A stretch of 64,000 nucleotides of DNA from the human T2T-CHM13v2.0 reference genome, Homo sapiens, in NCBI RefSeq assembly GCF_009914755.1, contig NC_060933.1, one strand, 5' to 3'. The notes under the pieces are model-generated. The model had not been told where the DNA came from. It ran no database searches and saw only the letters and a program-made list of their open reading frames with translations. Of the stretch, positions 38,831 through 54,972 are shown piece after piece (the first letter of the stretch is position 1; the number at the start of each line of letters is the position of its first letter). The position numbers and the translations under genes are program-made.

Positions 38831-40761
38831 TTGTTTGGTTTTGTTTAAGTGGGCAAGAAGTAAATAATGTGGCTGGAATACAAGTTGAACAAACTAGAAG
38901 ACATAAATCTAACATAGTTTTTATGGACCAAGTAACTTGTATATTGTATAAGCTTTAGTAAAAGGTACATTTTCACATATTCACCATACCCTTTTTTATA
39001 TCATGGTATTATAGTACATCTTGTCACCAAAGAGGTTGTTCTCTTCCCCACTCACCTTTGAGCTTTTGCTTTAAAATACATTCAGGTTCCAAGCCTGGCC
39101 ATGCTTGCTTAATCTAATTATCATGTTCTTCCAAGTTTTTTTTTGGTCCGAGGCTAGAGCTTTTTTTTTTTTTTCCAGCTGAAGTCTTACGACTTTTCGT
39201 GAGTCAAAATTGTTTGGATTTCAGCAAGTCAAATCTTGTGAAGGCCTACATTTTTTTTTAAGATTATGTGAAGTCTGTGCAAAAGCTTTAAAAAGCTGCC
39301 TCTGCCTTGCCTGCAACACATGCAATGTATGTTAACTTAGTCTCTCTTCGCAGACACTGTTGGTAGTTATTTCTGCATTTTCCTTTTTTTTAAAAAAAGT
39401 ATTTCTAGTGGTTATCCAAGAGGTTCTAACATTCACATGCAATTTGGTGTGGCCATTTTGCCATAAATGAGTTAATAGCGCAGAACATGTTGATATTTGA
39501 AGTGTTCTCTCTCCTTTTCCCATAACGTAAATACATTATGTGTGTTCCAGGATTTGTTCAGGTTTTTCCCCGCTCCTGATCTTGTACATAACTTGTATTA
39601 CGTGTAAGTTAAACATTTCATTTTGAACTTGGAATGTTCCCAGTGATTTCATCCAGCAGAGTATTTTCTGCCTTGTTGGCAAGTGACAAAAAATATCATG
39701 AGAAGCATCTGCTACCAGTTGGGAGATGGTGCCCTTATGGTAGAATGAGGAAGATCTCAGCAAAAGCATGTTTTATTAACTTTACTTTTTGGGGGTGTTG
39801 GAGGGGGTAGCCTAGGCCAGAACATCATTGTAATCTTAAAACATAAGATGCTTTTATTAGATGATCAACTAAAATAGCTGGAAGACAGTACTTTAGAAAC
39901 AGATAGTTGTAAGATTATGAAATGCAAATGTAACTTGTGTTTTTATTTTTCTTTTCCCTGTCTTTTTTGTTTGTTTTCTCTTCTCCAGTACTGAGCATCT
40001 CCACAAATGTCTCCTAACTCAGAAAATGTTTCTTTTCCTTTCAGCTGAGATTTGGTTGCATTCAGGGTTGTACATTGGCCTTGCATGCGAAACTCGGCAG
40101 TTGTACCTTGCTTTCATTCCTGAACTTCGCTTAGCTTTTGTTCGGATTCTTCGAAATTGCAGCAGACTCTTTGGGCTACATTTAGTACAAGAACCACGTG
40201 CATAATATGATACGGCACAGTCTAGTAATACAATCATCCTTCTTAGAGTAAAAACTACCTCTAGATTGTGGTAAGCTTTTACTGTCCCATAAAACAGGAG
40301 CCACGGTAATTTATGAATGCAAAACTGTAACTTCCTACAGTGTTTCCATACAGAACATTGTCTTTCTGGTTTCCTGGGCTATTTTGAAAAAATTTTCATT
40401 AATAGACTTTTCAGAAATTATTATTAGTAGCATTTTTTTCCAGCTTTGCTGTTTTCATCACTCATTCTTTGCTCAGACTCCAGCATTCAGTACCGTGTTG
40501 GTCCAGATGTAGGTTTATATGCTCATTTTTAGCTTATTTCTTGTACCTTGCAGCACACTCTACGCACTCAGCCCTTAAGGGGTTTACTTTACAAACTGTG
40601 TGCCTGTAAGATGTATTAGCAATAAGATAGAAAATTGAGCAAGTTTATACCATAATTTTGTAGAAAAAAAGAATCTGCTCAATTCCATATTTCATCCATG
40701 AAAAACTTGCAATACGAGCAGTTTCAAGGAATAAGAAGAAAAAAAAAAGAGTTTATAGGTC

Positions 40762-41074
<313 letters not shown>

Positions 41075-43019
41075 TCATTTGTGGTTTATTTATTTCTGCA
41101 AAATGTCCATTCCCATCTTTAGCCCACTTTTAATTGGGTGATTTTTTTTAGTAAGAAAAACTTTATATATTAAACATTGATTTTTAAATTATTTACTATA
41201 TCCAATCAACAGCTTTCTTTAAGAACTCTCTAATGCAAAATAGAAGAGTGGTAGAACCTGAGTACAAAAAGGAAAAAAATCTAATTAATTAAATGTATCT
41301 TTGATTAACAGAAAAATAATATAAGCTACAATAATATTGTTATTTCAGAATTCCCCAGTTACAAAGTAACAGTAAGAAGATGGTGATCTACAAAACTTTA
41401 CTTGTGACATAATTCTAGTGTAGTTTATTTAAGAAATATAAAAGAAAATGATTGGATTACAAATAAGATTAATATAATGATACATCAGTATTATGAATAT
41501 CTTTCTTACATAAATATTTTCTGAAGACATGGATAATAAAAAAGGTAGCACAATAAAATTATACAGGGACAACTTATTAAAATAAATAAACATGCTCAGT
41601 TCATTGTAATGAAATAAAATTTGTTTTCTGAAAACAAATGGAAAGAAAATAATAACCATGTTAGCCCAGAGAAAGGAATACACTTGAATTATAGATGAAC
41701 AAGGGCATATACTGTATATGACTATCATGTAACCATGAAGAATAGGTCAAGATAAGGGAAAAGCAGCAGAAACATCAGTTCTCAGGCAGTGGTGCCTGAG
41801 ATTATTACAGTGTGCCCAATTAGTTTATGTCACTCTTAAAAAGTCATTTAAATAAATGTATTTGTGGAAGAAAAAATATCTGAACATCAGGTATGGTCTG
41901 ATCCACAATGATCCAACGATCTGTCATAACTCATTCTAGGAGTATTCTTATACAGTTTGCAAGAGAAATTACATGTGGAGCTACAGAGGAACATTTATCA
42001 AAATTCATAAAGCTATTTAACCTGAATGTTACGTAGTACATAGTGACCATCATACAATAGTAAAAATACAATATCTGATACTATTTTTACAAGCTATGAC
42101 GTAAACAATTTAGGCTCTTTTTAAAAAAATAAAAGAAATTTGATTACAACTTTATTTCAAGCATTTTCAGTTAGACATAGGTTTATATATTTTCACTCAA
42201 AATGGCAAAGGACCTTCTGTAGGTAAAATATATTCTGTGTTTAAATGCTTGCATTCTGAAGTATGATTTGCCATGTACGACTTCAGGTAGGACAATGAAG
42301 CTGCTGTAGCAAAATCCTGGCTGATGATGAAGACTTGGACACTTTTCATCTTTCATGCAGCCATTCAATATTTTGTGTATTTACATGAAGGAGAAAAAAG
42401 GGGAGGATACAAAGAGAGCCAGTATTCTTTTTGGATGAAACAGCCTAATTCCAGAGAATGAGCTTTCCATTTTGAACTCAAAGACTGTGGTCCCCAAATT
42501 GAATTCTTACCAGTCCAAGGAGCTGCCTTTGGCCTGTGAGGCAACACTTGATGATGAAGTGAGCTAGGAAAGTGTTAACTGAACTACAGAGATGGCTGCG
42601 TGCAAAACAAGTTTCCAAACATGCTCAGGCCCACGCAGAGGTGAGGTGCAGCCAGAACTATTAGTTAAAAACAAATGCCCTCACGGATGCAGACATAGAG
42701 CTTGTAGGAAGTCACCGTTCTGGGGGCCTGGTTGTAGTTTCCAATACCTGCCTTCACCACTCTCTGACTCTTCTATTTTTCTGATTTGTTTAATTTGAGT
42801 CCAAGGATTTCATTAGCAACTTTCTGAAAATACAGGAAGACAGTCTCCTGTCTTGGCTGAGATAAAGTGGCTACTAAAACCATTTTCCTGGCAAAACCAT
42901 AAGTGTTTTTCAGGTTTTACTGTTTCCATGTGCTCCAAATAAATTTTATTGCTCACCAAGGCAACCAGTAGCAAAGCTTCTGACTCTTCGCTCACTTTCT
43001 TCAGTACAATGTACCCATC

Positions 43020-43318
43020 TTTTTTTTTTTTTTTTTGAGATGGAGTCTCGCTGTCGCCCAGGCTGGAGTGCAGTGGCGCGATCTCGGCCCACTGCAAGCT
43101 CCGCCTCCCGGGGTTCACACCATTCTCCTGCCTCAGCCTCCCGAGTAGCTGGGACTACAGGCCCCCGCCACCACGCCCGGCTAATTTTTTTTTGTATTTT
43201 TAGTAGAGACAGGGTTTCACCGTGTTCGCCAGAATGGTCTCGATCTCCTGATCTCGTGATCCGCCCGCCTCGGCCTCCCAAAGTGCTGGGATGACAGACA
43301 TGAGCCACCGCGCCTGGC
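43020..43318 (-). mobile_element. AluY
   Basis: CTGCAAGCTCCGCC and CACCATTCTCC diagnostics; TSD TGTACC(C/A)ATCTTTT. Confidence 0.96.
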
Positions 43319-44949
43319 TGTACCAATCTTTTAAATTCTCCAAGCTTTGCTAATTTGTAACAAGAGGATTCTCTGTGGTCCATAGATAAATGCATCCACC
43401 TTCTTGCCGCCTATTGTACGCACCCCCTACATCCCATACTTGAAGAGTAACATTCAAGTTTCCTGGCAATGTTATCCCGCTCAAAAAATATGTATATATA
43501 TTCATCACTATAGTTTAGTTTTATTGGTTCCCAAAAGTTTCTTGAGCAAAACTCATAGGTCTTCCAGGAGGTGCTGCTTCAAGCATGACAAATTTCAGTT
43601 GCCATTCTTGATTTCTTTCTTGGGGTCTGATGGAGTTCAGTGTGGTGCTCAGGCTAGCTCCCCAGGCAGAGGGAGAAGGAAAGGAGAGCGCCTCCGTAGG
43701 TGGGGAGAGAAGGAAGGGAGCAGGACCCTGCCCTGGGATCTGGGTGCCCTGGAGAGATCGGGGGAAACTAGTTGATGATACTTTTGTTAAATGAACCAGT
43801 ACTTTCACATGCTTTTAAGTAAAAATGAAATTTAACTGGAAGGACCCAAATCAAACATGGTATCTCTTGAGTTATCTCTCACTATGGATGACAAAGGCTG
43901 TTGTCAAAGTCGATTTCACTCAATTAACTTGATGGACATTAAACAACCTGTATAAGCCCAGAAAATGAGGGTTCTGGGAGATCTGTTATTACAGAAATGC
44001 AGAGGTGTCCTAACTCGTGTCATGTGAAGGTGGCCATGATGCAGATAAGGACATGGCTATGAATGTGCAGGCTATAGTTTTCCCTGACCTGGGTCCGTGA
44101 CCGTGCCTTGAGGGTGGAAGAAACACCAGAGCGCCCTCAGATAAGATGGCTGGAGGGCATGACAAAAACCATGAAAGTAAGACCAGACCGTGCATGCAAG
44201 ATGAATGCTGGCATCTGGCTGAATAGAGGAATTTGAACAAACAAAATCATTTTTCTGCAAGCTCTTCACATAATTCTACTCCACCTGGAGCTTCATGACT
44301 GAAATGAGTGGTTATCTATATTCAGGTCTAGTCAGACGTGCTGATTAATTATAGTTGATCAGCATACATATATCATGCTTTCTTACATATTTAATCTATC
44401 CCATGTATACATAAGATTTTGTAGGATAAATTATTTATTAGCATTAAAGTGTAAAATTTGCTTGATAACTATAAAATGCCTTAAATACACTAGTATGAGT
44501 TTTAAAATTATACCAAAATGACCAATGTGAAGGGTAGTGTTACTATGCTGGGTATGTCCTGCCACTGCGTCCTTTAGGAGATTTCTATAGCATCACAATG
44601 AAGTCCACCTGTGTGTGAGAGAGAGGCTTGCGCTCACCTTCCTTACCAGCAATGCAAAAGTGCTCAGGGGACCCAGCTTGGTCTGAGTACAAAAACAAAC
44701 CTAAGAGGCTTCAAAGCCAGCTCTCCTGTAGTATGTGCTCACATCCCTGAAAGAAAAGCAAGAAAATCCCAAACTCCAGATTTTCTAATATAAGCTCTAG
44801 TGAAATACTTACCTTTCTTGAGTCAAAGCAGAAGCAACTGCTAACTAGAAATGTCAGCCTGCTGCCTCAGAGAATTTCTATGGCTGTTCTGGGGTGAAGA
44901 GGGTGGAGTCTTTGGCTTTCTTACCACAGGTGATCAGGTAAGAAGGAAC

Positions 44950-45184
44950 CACAGCATCCTCTATGAAGAAATGCTGTCCGAGGTGATATCTGGAATCCAA
45001 AGCTTTTCTAAAGGAGACCTGGGAGGGGACTCCACACCCATCAACCAATAGCAGCCCAGCCCAAAGGCTGCAAATTTGCTTCTTTCTGACACCCAGTGGA
45101 GAAACAATCACCAGCTCTTTTCCAGTGAGTCCAGCACTGTCTGCAATTGGATTTGCTTTAGTTGCAGGAATTGTAAGCCAGTTG

Positions 45185-45231
<47 letters not shown>

Positions 45232-46690
45232 GCTTGAGGCACCTGGTGTTAGTTTTTCTATCCAGTTGTATTAAAATTGGCATGAAATTTCTTATCTAGA
45301 ATTTCAAGCCTCCAGCTGTGAGCCTTATTCAGCTATCATTGATTTCATCTCCAAAAAAGATAAAACCAGGAAATAGAATGTGTGTGAGAGAGTCCAAATG
45401 ATTGTTTCTTTTACCCTTAACTAACTCCCTTTCCTTAGCCCCTCTCCTGCACCTACTGGTTTTCTGAGGTTTATTCCCGCAGTCTTTAGTAAAATAATTT
45501 TAAATGTGCGAATGGGGTGACCAGGTTAGAGACTCCCAGGGAAGAACCATGCTATGTATCCCACTAATAAGTTCTCCTTATGGAGCTAAAGTCTTTCACT
45601 GGAGCTGTTTCCAGTGTAACTTGATGTAGCATTTGGGATAGTCTCATCGTGGAGCACCACCACTATCCCAGTGGGCCGATACCTGTTTCTTCTAAGAGGA
45701 CAATCAGGTAAGTTTTCCCAAAGCGCCTTTGGGAAATCGTGCCGTTCAGAGAGCTGCGTTGTGCTCATGCATCTAGAAGGTCTTGCTGTTCATGCACTGA
45801 CTCTTCTAACTCCATGTCCTCCATTCCTGGGTGTTTGCCAGCAGGTTGGAATGATGGCTCACTGAAAACTGAAGATGACATGGAAGATGAAAAGGGAGAT
45901 GAGAAAGTCCTGCCCATTAATGAGAGGAAGATGGGCACAATGCGGTGACCTCACAGGTCTCCAGGCCTCAGCTCAGCTCTGATGAAGAGGCTCATGTCAT
46001 ACAGTCTCTTCAGATGATCACAGAGAAAAACGTGGTGACAGAGAGGCAGATGTTTTACTGTTTCCACTTCTGGAACTTGTTGCAGGGTATGAAGAGGGTC
46101 AGCACCAGAGAAGATATAGAATATCATGTCCGCAATAGATGAAGCCATCAAAGGATGGCTTCACTTCACCACCAGGCAGCACTGACCAACTTACGGCAAT
46201 AAATCCCGCAGACCAGAATTACACCCATCAAATGCCTCACTCACCATATGTCAGCCCAGAAGACTCTTGCAGTGGTGAGCCAGTCTCTTTATCCACCAAG
46301 CCTGACCCAGCAGGCAGGAGAGGCCCAGTACCAAGATGATCATCCACAATAACCTGCACACTGCATCGAGGACGGAGGCCAGCCCTAACAGCCCGCGGCC
46401 CTCAGGAGGGAGAGGCAGTAAAGGGCTCCTTCTCTCTTTGTCCTGATGAATGGGCATTGCACTAGAAAGATGAACATTAGGAGCAGATTATCAGAGCCTT
46501 GGTCCAGCCACCATCTCCTCTATGATGACCCAGATAGGCAAACCTTCTGAAGGCAAAGTTCCAACCAACATCCTGGGTGGCTGGCATTTTCTGAATTTCT
46601 ATAGCTCATCACAAAGTGCAGCAAGAATGGGAGTATTTGGTGCACTTTGATTTTGCAGTTGCCTCTGATGGCCAAGAGACTTAGGGCCAA
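44950..46690 (-). pseudogene. GPRC5B (pseudogene): Ancient processed GPRC5B (class C orphan GPCR) pseudogene; CDS remnant ~46680-45596 plus part of the 3'UTR
   Basis: Colinear minus-strand peptides match recalled human GPRC5B: KIKVHQILPFLLHFVMSYRNSENASHPGCWLEL (cf. KMRAHQVLTFLLLFVITSVASENASTSRGCGLDL); PIHQDKERRSP...RLLWMIILVLGLSCLLGQAWWIKRLAHH (cf. PFIKEKEKKSP...RFLWGVLFALCFSCLLSQAWRVRRLVRH); LTLFIPCNKFQKWKQ (cf. LALFTLCGKFKRWKL); MNSKTF*MHEHNAAL*TARFPKGALGK (cf. MENKAFSMDEHNAALRTAGFPNGSLGK); PLRRNRYRPTGIVVVLHDETIPNATSSYTG (cf. PFRSNVYQPTEMAVVLNGGTIPTAPPSHTG). These are followed by TGAAAGACTTTA. Many stops and frameshifts. Ends are approximate and no TSD was found. Confidence 0.9.
45186..45228. 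repeat. (TG)n microsatellite within the GPRC5B-derived 3'UTR
   Basis: Seen directly. Confidence 0.97.
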
Positions 46691-47769
46691 AGATTTCTCC
46701 CGACCCACGATCCAGGTCATATTTCTGCGGCACAGCTGTGACCCTCATCCCAACTACAGCCACTGGCACAATATCCAGTAATATTTGCAAATGATTATGC
46801 TAACATCAGGTTATAAAAGCTTGTTGTTTTTAATTTGAGTTATATTTTTAAAATACAAAATGTCTTGTTTTTTATGTTTGTGTTCATGTGGTACATTTTC
46901 CAGGATAAGATGGGCTGTGCGGTAATGGCAAATAAACCCTCCAAGTCTCAGTGGCTGGCCTCCTCTAAGTTTATTTCTTGCTCACAGGGTCTGCCGTGAG
47001 ACCAGAGATTCTACAGAGCAACTCCCCTTCCACCCCTGCCCAGGAAATAGAACATGTGCGTAACTGAGAGACAAATCATGTAGAAAAACAAGGTGATTTT
47101 CCTAGAGAAGGACTGAAGTGCTTTGCTAGTATTAGTCACTATGACAAAAAGTAGAGAAGAACTATTCTGTTTCTTTAATCATCTAAGAGACAGACCATTC
47201 ACTTGGAGTGAAATATTTAAACTATTTCTTCATCTCTTGAATTAAAAGACCTTAATAATATGAATTCATAACTCGAATATAGATAATAAACCCAGCACAG
47301 TTTGGCACAACAATTTTTATTTCCTCTTGAAATACCAAGGCTATTTTCTCATGTAAATTATATACGTATCTATATACATATTTTCAAGGACTGAAATTAA
47401 TTTTAACATCTTTAAAACACCAAATAGTATCATATTTCCTGTAAAATGGCTGGTTACCTCAAAGGCAACATTTTAACATCCTTAGCTGCTTTAAAAGATT
47501 ATCAGCAGTCTATAGTAAATATTACATGAGACATTTAAAGAATGGTGCTTCATTTCATCATTTAAAAATCTTAGTCAAGAAGAGACAAGAACAATTTCTT
47601 AGAATCAAAGCTCCTTCATTGGGAAATCATTCATCTTGGAAAAAGCAGAAATATTTTGGCTAATAAAAAACATTTTATTACTAAATTAACATTGAAGAAG
47701 TTGTAAAAATCTCATTTTGCTTTAATTTGTTAAAGTCAAAGCCTTATATGCACCTTTGATTTTTATAAA

Positions 47770-48075
47770 ATTTTAACTATTTGAAAATAAAGTATTAAGC
47801 ATCAAAAGTAAATAGAAAAAATTAAAAATAAAATGAAAACCAATGAAATGGAACACAGACCAATAATAAAATCTGTGCTGCCAAAAGCTGATGCTTTGAA
47901 AAGATTATTAAAAACTGCAAAACACCTAGCAAAAGGAAAACATCACCAATATCAAGAATATAAAATGGGACATTATTATAGACCCTAGGGATACTACAAG
48001 GATTATAATAATATGTATGCTGAACAACTTTAAGGCAAGAAATTTGACAATTTAAATGAAAAGCATGAATTTCAA
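47770..48075 (+). mobile_element. L1M ORF2 fragment
   Basis: CAAAAGCTGATGCTTTGAAAAGATTATTAAAA...ACCAATATCAAGAATATAAAATGGGACATTATTATAGACC. Confidence 0.65.
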
Positions 48076-48246
48076 TTTCTTATGGTATAGTTACTTGCAA
48101 CTCTGGAGAGCCCACATAATTCATCTAGTAGCCATCTTCTAGCTTTGTGGGTTCTCTGTAAAAAAGAAACTGGAAGAGTCACAGTAAACAAACGACATAT
48201 ACTTTCCACCCTTACATGAGTAGAGAATAATCTGCTAGAGCAAATG

Positions 48247-48573
<327 letters not shown>

Positions 48574-49381
48574 GAATCTCCAAATGCTCAAATAAACTCT
48601 ATATAATTTAAATGTGTTTTAATTTTTCTCTTACTGTTAGGAAATTGATATTTTAAGAGAAAACAACTAGTCAGTGATTGTTTCCAGGAGAACTCCATTT
48701 TGTGGAAGCTCCTCTGAGACGCACCTAAACCCTTTAGGGGAGCTCCTGGGAGAGCCTGAGCTTCTCCTGATTCAGGTCCCCTTTGTGTGTTCACTAAGAG
48801 TCTTCTCTTTGCCGAGTTTTGTAACAAGGTTGTTGAAAATGGAAGAGTATTTTCAGCCGTGAGCTTACTTTGCTACATTCAGCTTTCTTTAGAGTTTCAG
48901 GAAGTTCGTAATTGTCTTATAATGAACAAGAACTTTCCTATAAGAAGAACTACAAAGCATGCCATTCAGAAAATAGGTAATAGACATTAATCTCAGGAAT
49001 ACTAAATATTTTAGGAAGTCTCTAGGTTCAGAAAAACCCAGGAGCCCTGTGGACTGAATGCCAACCTCCCCTCCCTCCCCCCTGCCCCCCCGACCCCCAA
49101 CCCCTCTCACCTCCGCAGTGAGCTCCCTGCTTTCAGGCTCAACCTTCTAAAGTTCTCTTTCCTGGCTGGATGAGTCTCCCATGAAGCCTCTTCCATCTCT
49201 CCACTGCTCAGAGCTCTCCAGAACTCACACTGTGAGATCTCCAGAACTCACATTGTGATTTAAATCCAGGGTTTACTTACTAGTCTTTACTTACTAGTCA
49301 AAGCCCCACATGCTTGCCCTGAAATCCCTCTAGTTATTTAGTGTTGGAAACTCACCACTAGGACCATTATTTTGCTCTTAG

Positions 49382-49708
<327 letters not shown>

Positions 49709-51019
49709 AATGTCAGGATTTTTTGGCTTACCTTTACTGACCTGGTCTAATCCCCACAGATGAATATTTATTGATTTATTTATTTCTCTTTTTGGAGGAA
49801 GGAAGCCCTGTTGTCAGCATCCTAAAAGCTAGAAATGAGAAAAGCTGCGAATCTCAATTTTCAGTGTGTACTTTGTTTTCAATATTGTACCGTTTCCTCA
49901 ATTGGTCTCCGTGGTCTCCAGTCCAGAGACTCTCTGTTTTATCCTCTATGGAAAATGAACATTTTGTCCTTTATACAGAAATGGACATGTGGGGCCGTCT
50001 TCAACCACTCCTAAAACACTAAAACAGACATTCAATAAATCCTCCTGTTTCCAGCCCCACTTAATCCTCCAAGTTACATAACTGCAGATTGCAGCGCTCA
50101 CATAGGAAACCCTGTGAGCAGCCTCCTTTGAAGCTGGTCATCCCTCCAGCCTTATTCCCCCACACTCTCAACGGTATTGTAACTAAGGACCTCAGTTTTA
50201 AAAATATACTTCAGTCATCCACTCTCTTTATCTTCCTTCCTGCCGCTCTCACACCTTGATTAAAACCATTTTTTCCTTCCACCCATCCATGTCTTGACTC
50301 TGGCTTTTAGGTGGCAAGCTGCTGGACTTAGGACCAGATACAGTATCGTATGTCATGAGCCTTTGGGGAGCTCTTCAGTTTACAACTTGGTGGCTCAAAG
50401 ATTTCCTTTCTACTGCTTTAGACAGCTTTTTGGGGGGATGTGTTTTCCGAAATCAGCTGCTCTTTCCGTATAGAACCATACATTGAGATTACATGAGTGG
50501 CTGTGATGTCTAATGTAACAGAACATTTGATTCTCTTTGTCTATATTGTTTATAGAAAAACATCTCATTGATATGTTTCTTTCCCCTTCCATCTCTGTTA
50601 CTGTACTAACCATTACCAGATCTTTAACAATAAATTTAGGATTTTAAAATATATTTGTGGCAGGAATTACTGTCTGCCTCTAGAGGTAACATTTGAGTGA
50701 ACTGTCTTATTGTCATTGGCAACTTCCTTCAGATCATGCCACTGCATTACAGACTGGTCGACAAGAGTAAGACTGTCTTAAGAAAAAAATTAAAAAGATT
50801 AAAAAAAAAAAGAAACCTTTCTAAGGTAATAATTGGAGACACTGGCAAAGACATGTGACAGTGTTTTCACTTTCTTTTATTACAATGTCAAAGTATAGAA
50901 ATACCTAAATATTGAACCATGGAGAGATGATTGAATTGTACAATATTCCTATGTATGGCTGATTGATTCAGTTAGAACTTTACTCACATATTGAACTTCA
51001 AAATTTTCACTCCCCCGAC

Positions 51020-51245
51020 CAATGCTTTTTAGCCTTCTATTTTACTTTGCTTCTTAACACTCATCACTGTCTAATATACTATATTTTTCTTGTTTATGGT
51101 CTGCCTTTCCCAGAATAGAATCTTCATGAAGGCAGAGATTTTTGTTTTTATTTCGTTCATTCATCTAGCTCCAGTAATTAGAAAACTATACTGCACATGG
51201 TAACAACTCGCTAAATATATGTTGAATGAGTCATCAATGCTTTTC
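51020..51245 (+). mobile_element. L2 3' end
   Basis: TAGAATCTTCATGAAGGCAGAGATTTT...GCACATGGTAACAACTCGCTAAATATATGTTGAATGA. Confidence 0.7.
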
Positions 51246-51399
51246 TCTTAACTTAATGACATGGGAAAATGTCCATAAAGTATACAATAAAATATGCAGA
51301 CTCAGAACATAAAAAATATACACACATTCTCACACACACATACACACGACAAAATCTTGACTTCAGGGTGTTCTGCTGAACTTCAGTTGTTCTTGACTT

Positions 51400-53150
<1,751 letters not shown>

Positions 53151-53714
53151 GTACTTACAAAGCTGATTATGTATATTTAGTCTCTAAATACCTGTAAGGA
53201 ATAAGTATAGTGCTTTATTTCTAAGGAGAAATTTCTGTTTTCACCTAGAGAATAGCAAAGTTCCCTATCCTTTCTCTCTTTAAAAAAATCAGTCTACTGT
53301 TTGAATGTGCCCTATTTTCTATGTGCTGGCTGGGTGCAGGCATCTGTATTCCCATTCATTATATCACAAAGGTCAAAGGCTTTGTCTCTGATATCTGCAA
53401 TGCTATCAACACCCAACTCTAAATACAGAGAATGGAAAGGAGAATTGTTACGTATTTTCTAGTGTCTCTAGGTGTTTCTAATTACAAAAGTTGGGTGTTG
53501 TTGTTAAGTTATCTTAGCCAGCCACCTTGATGAATTGGGATGTCTCCATGACATAATATTAACCTGAAAAAATACAGTTTGTCGATAGCATTTACTCAGT
53601 GATTCCAGAAATGTGTACTGTGAGCCCACCATGCACATGTTTATGGAAGTCCATAAATCATTCTGTCCACTTGAAGAATCATGGTTCATATATTTGGGAA
53701 GAGGGCTATATTTC

Positions 53715-54225
53715 TAAAGCAGGTTACCACAACCCGCAGGCAGGACGCAGAAACTCTGAACCTCTGAACTGAGCAGAAAATAAGTGCTTCCAGGGAGGGA
53801 GGAATAAGAAAGGCTAACATGTATGTAACATGTGTCCCATGTTCACTTTGGGGTGGAGACATAGCATTTAAGTGTATTTCAGTTAGGCCTTGTACATCAA
53901 AAGGTGAAGTGGAGGATACGAAGGCACTTAGTACACAGCCTTTGTAGACCAGCCAGAGCCATGCTGTGGTGGGTGGTCTCTTATTGGGAAGGAATGCTGG
54001 TCAGTTTCTGTGTTAAAGCTGCAAGAGGGAGGACAAGTGTCAGGCAGTTGGCTGAAATCACTGGGCAAGACTTTTGAAAGGGCTGGTTTCTGCCTTCACC
54101 CTTAGGGAAGAAAGCCTAATGGTCGTTAGCCATTCTCTAGAGAAACCTTAAAAACCTCTGGTCCCTTTGACCAAGAGGAAGTCTGTTCAGTCAAGTGGGG
54201 GGCTTAGGATTCTCTTTATTTCTCA
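53715..54225 (-). mobile_element. ERV1 LTR of the MER4 group (MER66-like)
   Basis: Ends ...GTCCCTTTGACCAAGAGGAAGTCTGTTCAGTCAAGTGGGGGGCTTAGGATT...TTTCTCA, the reverse complement of a typical MER4-group LTR start. Confidence 0.6.
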
Positions 54226-54972
54226 ATATATAAGTCCTTCACTCATGGCCTAGCATGATCTAGCAAGGATTCAGTGTGATTCCACTAGTGACAATTTATT
54301 TAGTCCTAAGTCCATGTGTATGGACATGTAAATACATGGAAGGCTGCTCAGCAAAATATTGGTTCTGTTTATCTTTGATATCTTGGTGGTAGTTTCTTGG
54401 TGGTAGGTAGCATCTTCTTCATGTCTTTCCAAATTATTTTTATTTTGGGGGTTGTATATAAAGAGAATATTATAAGCAAACCAAAAAATGCAAATAGTAT
54501 ATATATAAAATGAAAAATAATTCAAAATATTTAATTGCTCATGATATCATAAAATGGTAGACTTTCTCAGCGAGTGCATATATTTCCTTAACATGAAGTT
54601 ATTAACATATGGTCAGCATTTTCATTTCAACTTAATGTAGTTTATAGTTCTCACTATCTAAATTGACATTTACTTTAAAATATAGAAAAAGACTTCTCAG
54701 ATGATAATAATGGTAAGGTTAATTATACATAATGGTCCCATTCTTTTTTTCTGTGAACCAATATGTGAAATCAACGACTATCTTCTCTATGAAAGTTTTA
54801 GGTGGCTTAGACAATGTTCATGCTTTATTAGAGTCTCATCTCGAATGGGCAAGAGCCTGCATTGCTTAGGTTAGTACTGGACATAGTGAAGTGATCCATG
54901 CCACATAGATGCATAAATCATTTCGAACAGCTGGGCAGTTTCAGGAGGCCAATTAATCAAGTGGAAACCAGG

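Noticed and set aside
43600-44330. Non-repeat, moderately GC-rich stretch as a further pseudogene fragment
   Set aside because: The translated ORFs match nothing I can recognise; a BLASTX search would be needed.
44850-46800. Vomeronasal type-2 receptor or other GPCR pseudogene
   Set aside because: The peptide blocks match GPRC5B-specific N- and C-terminal sequences, and there is no large extracellular domain.
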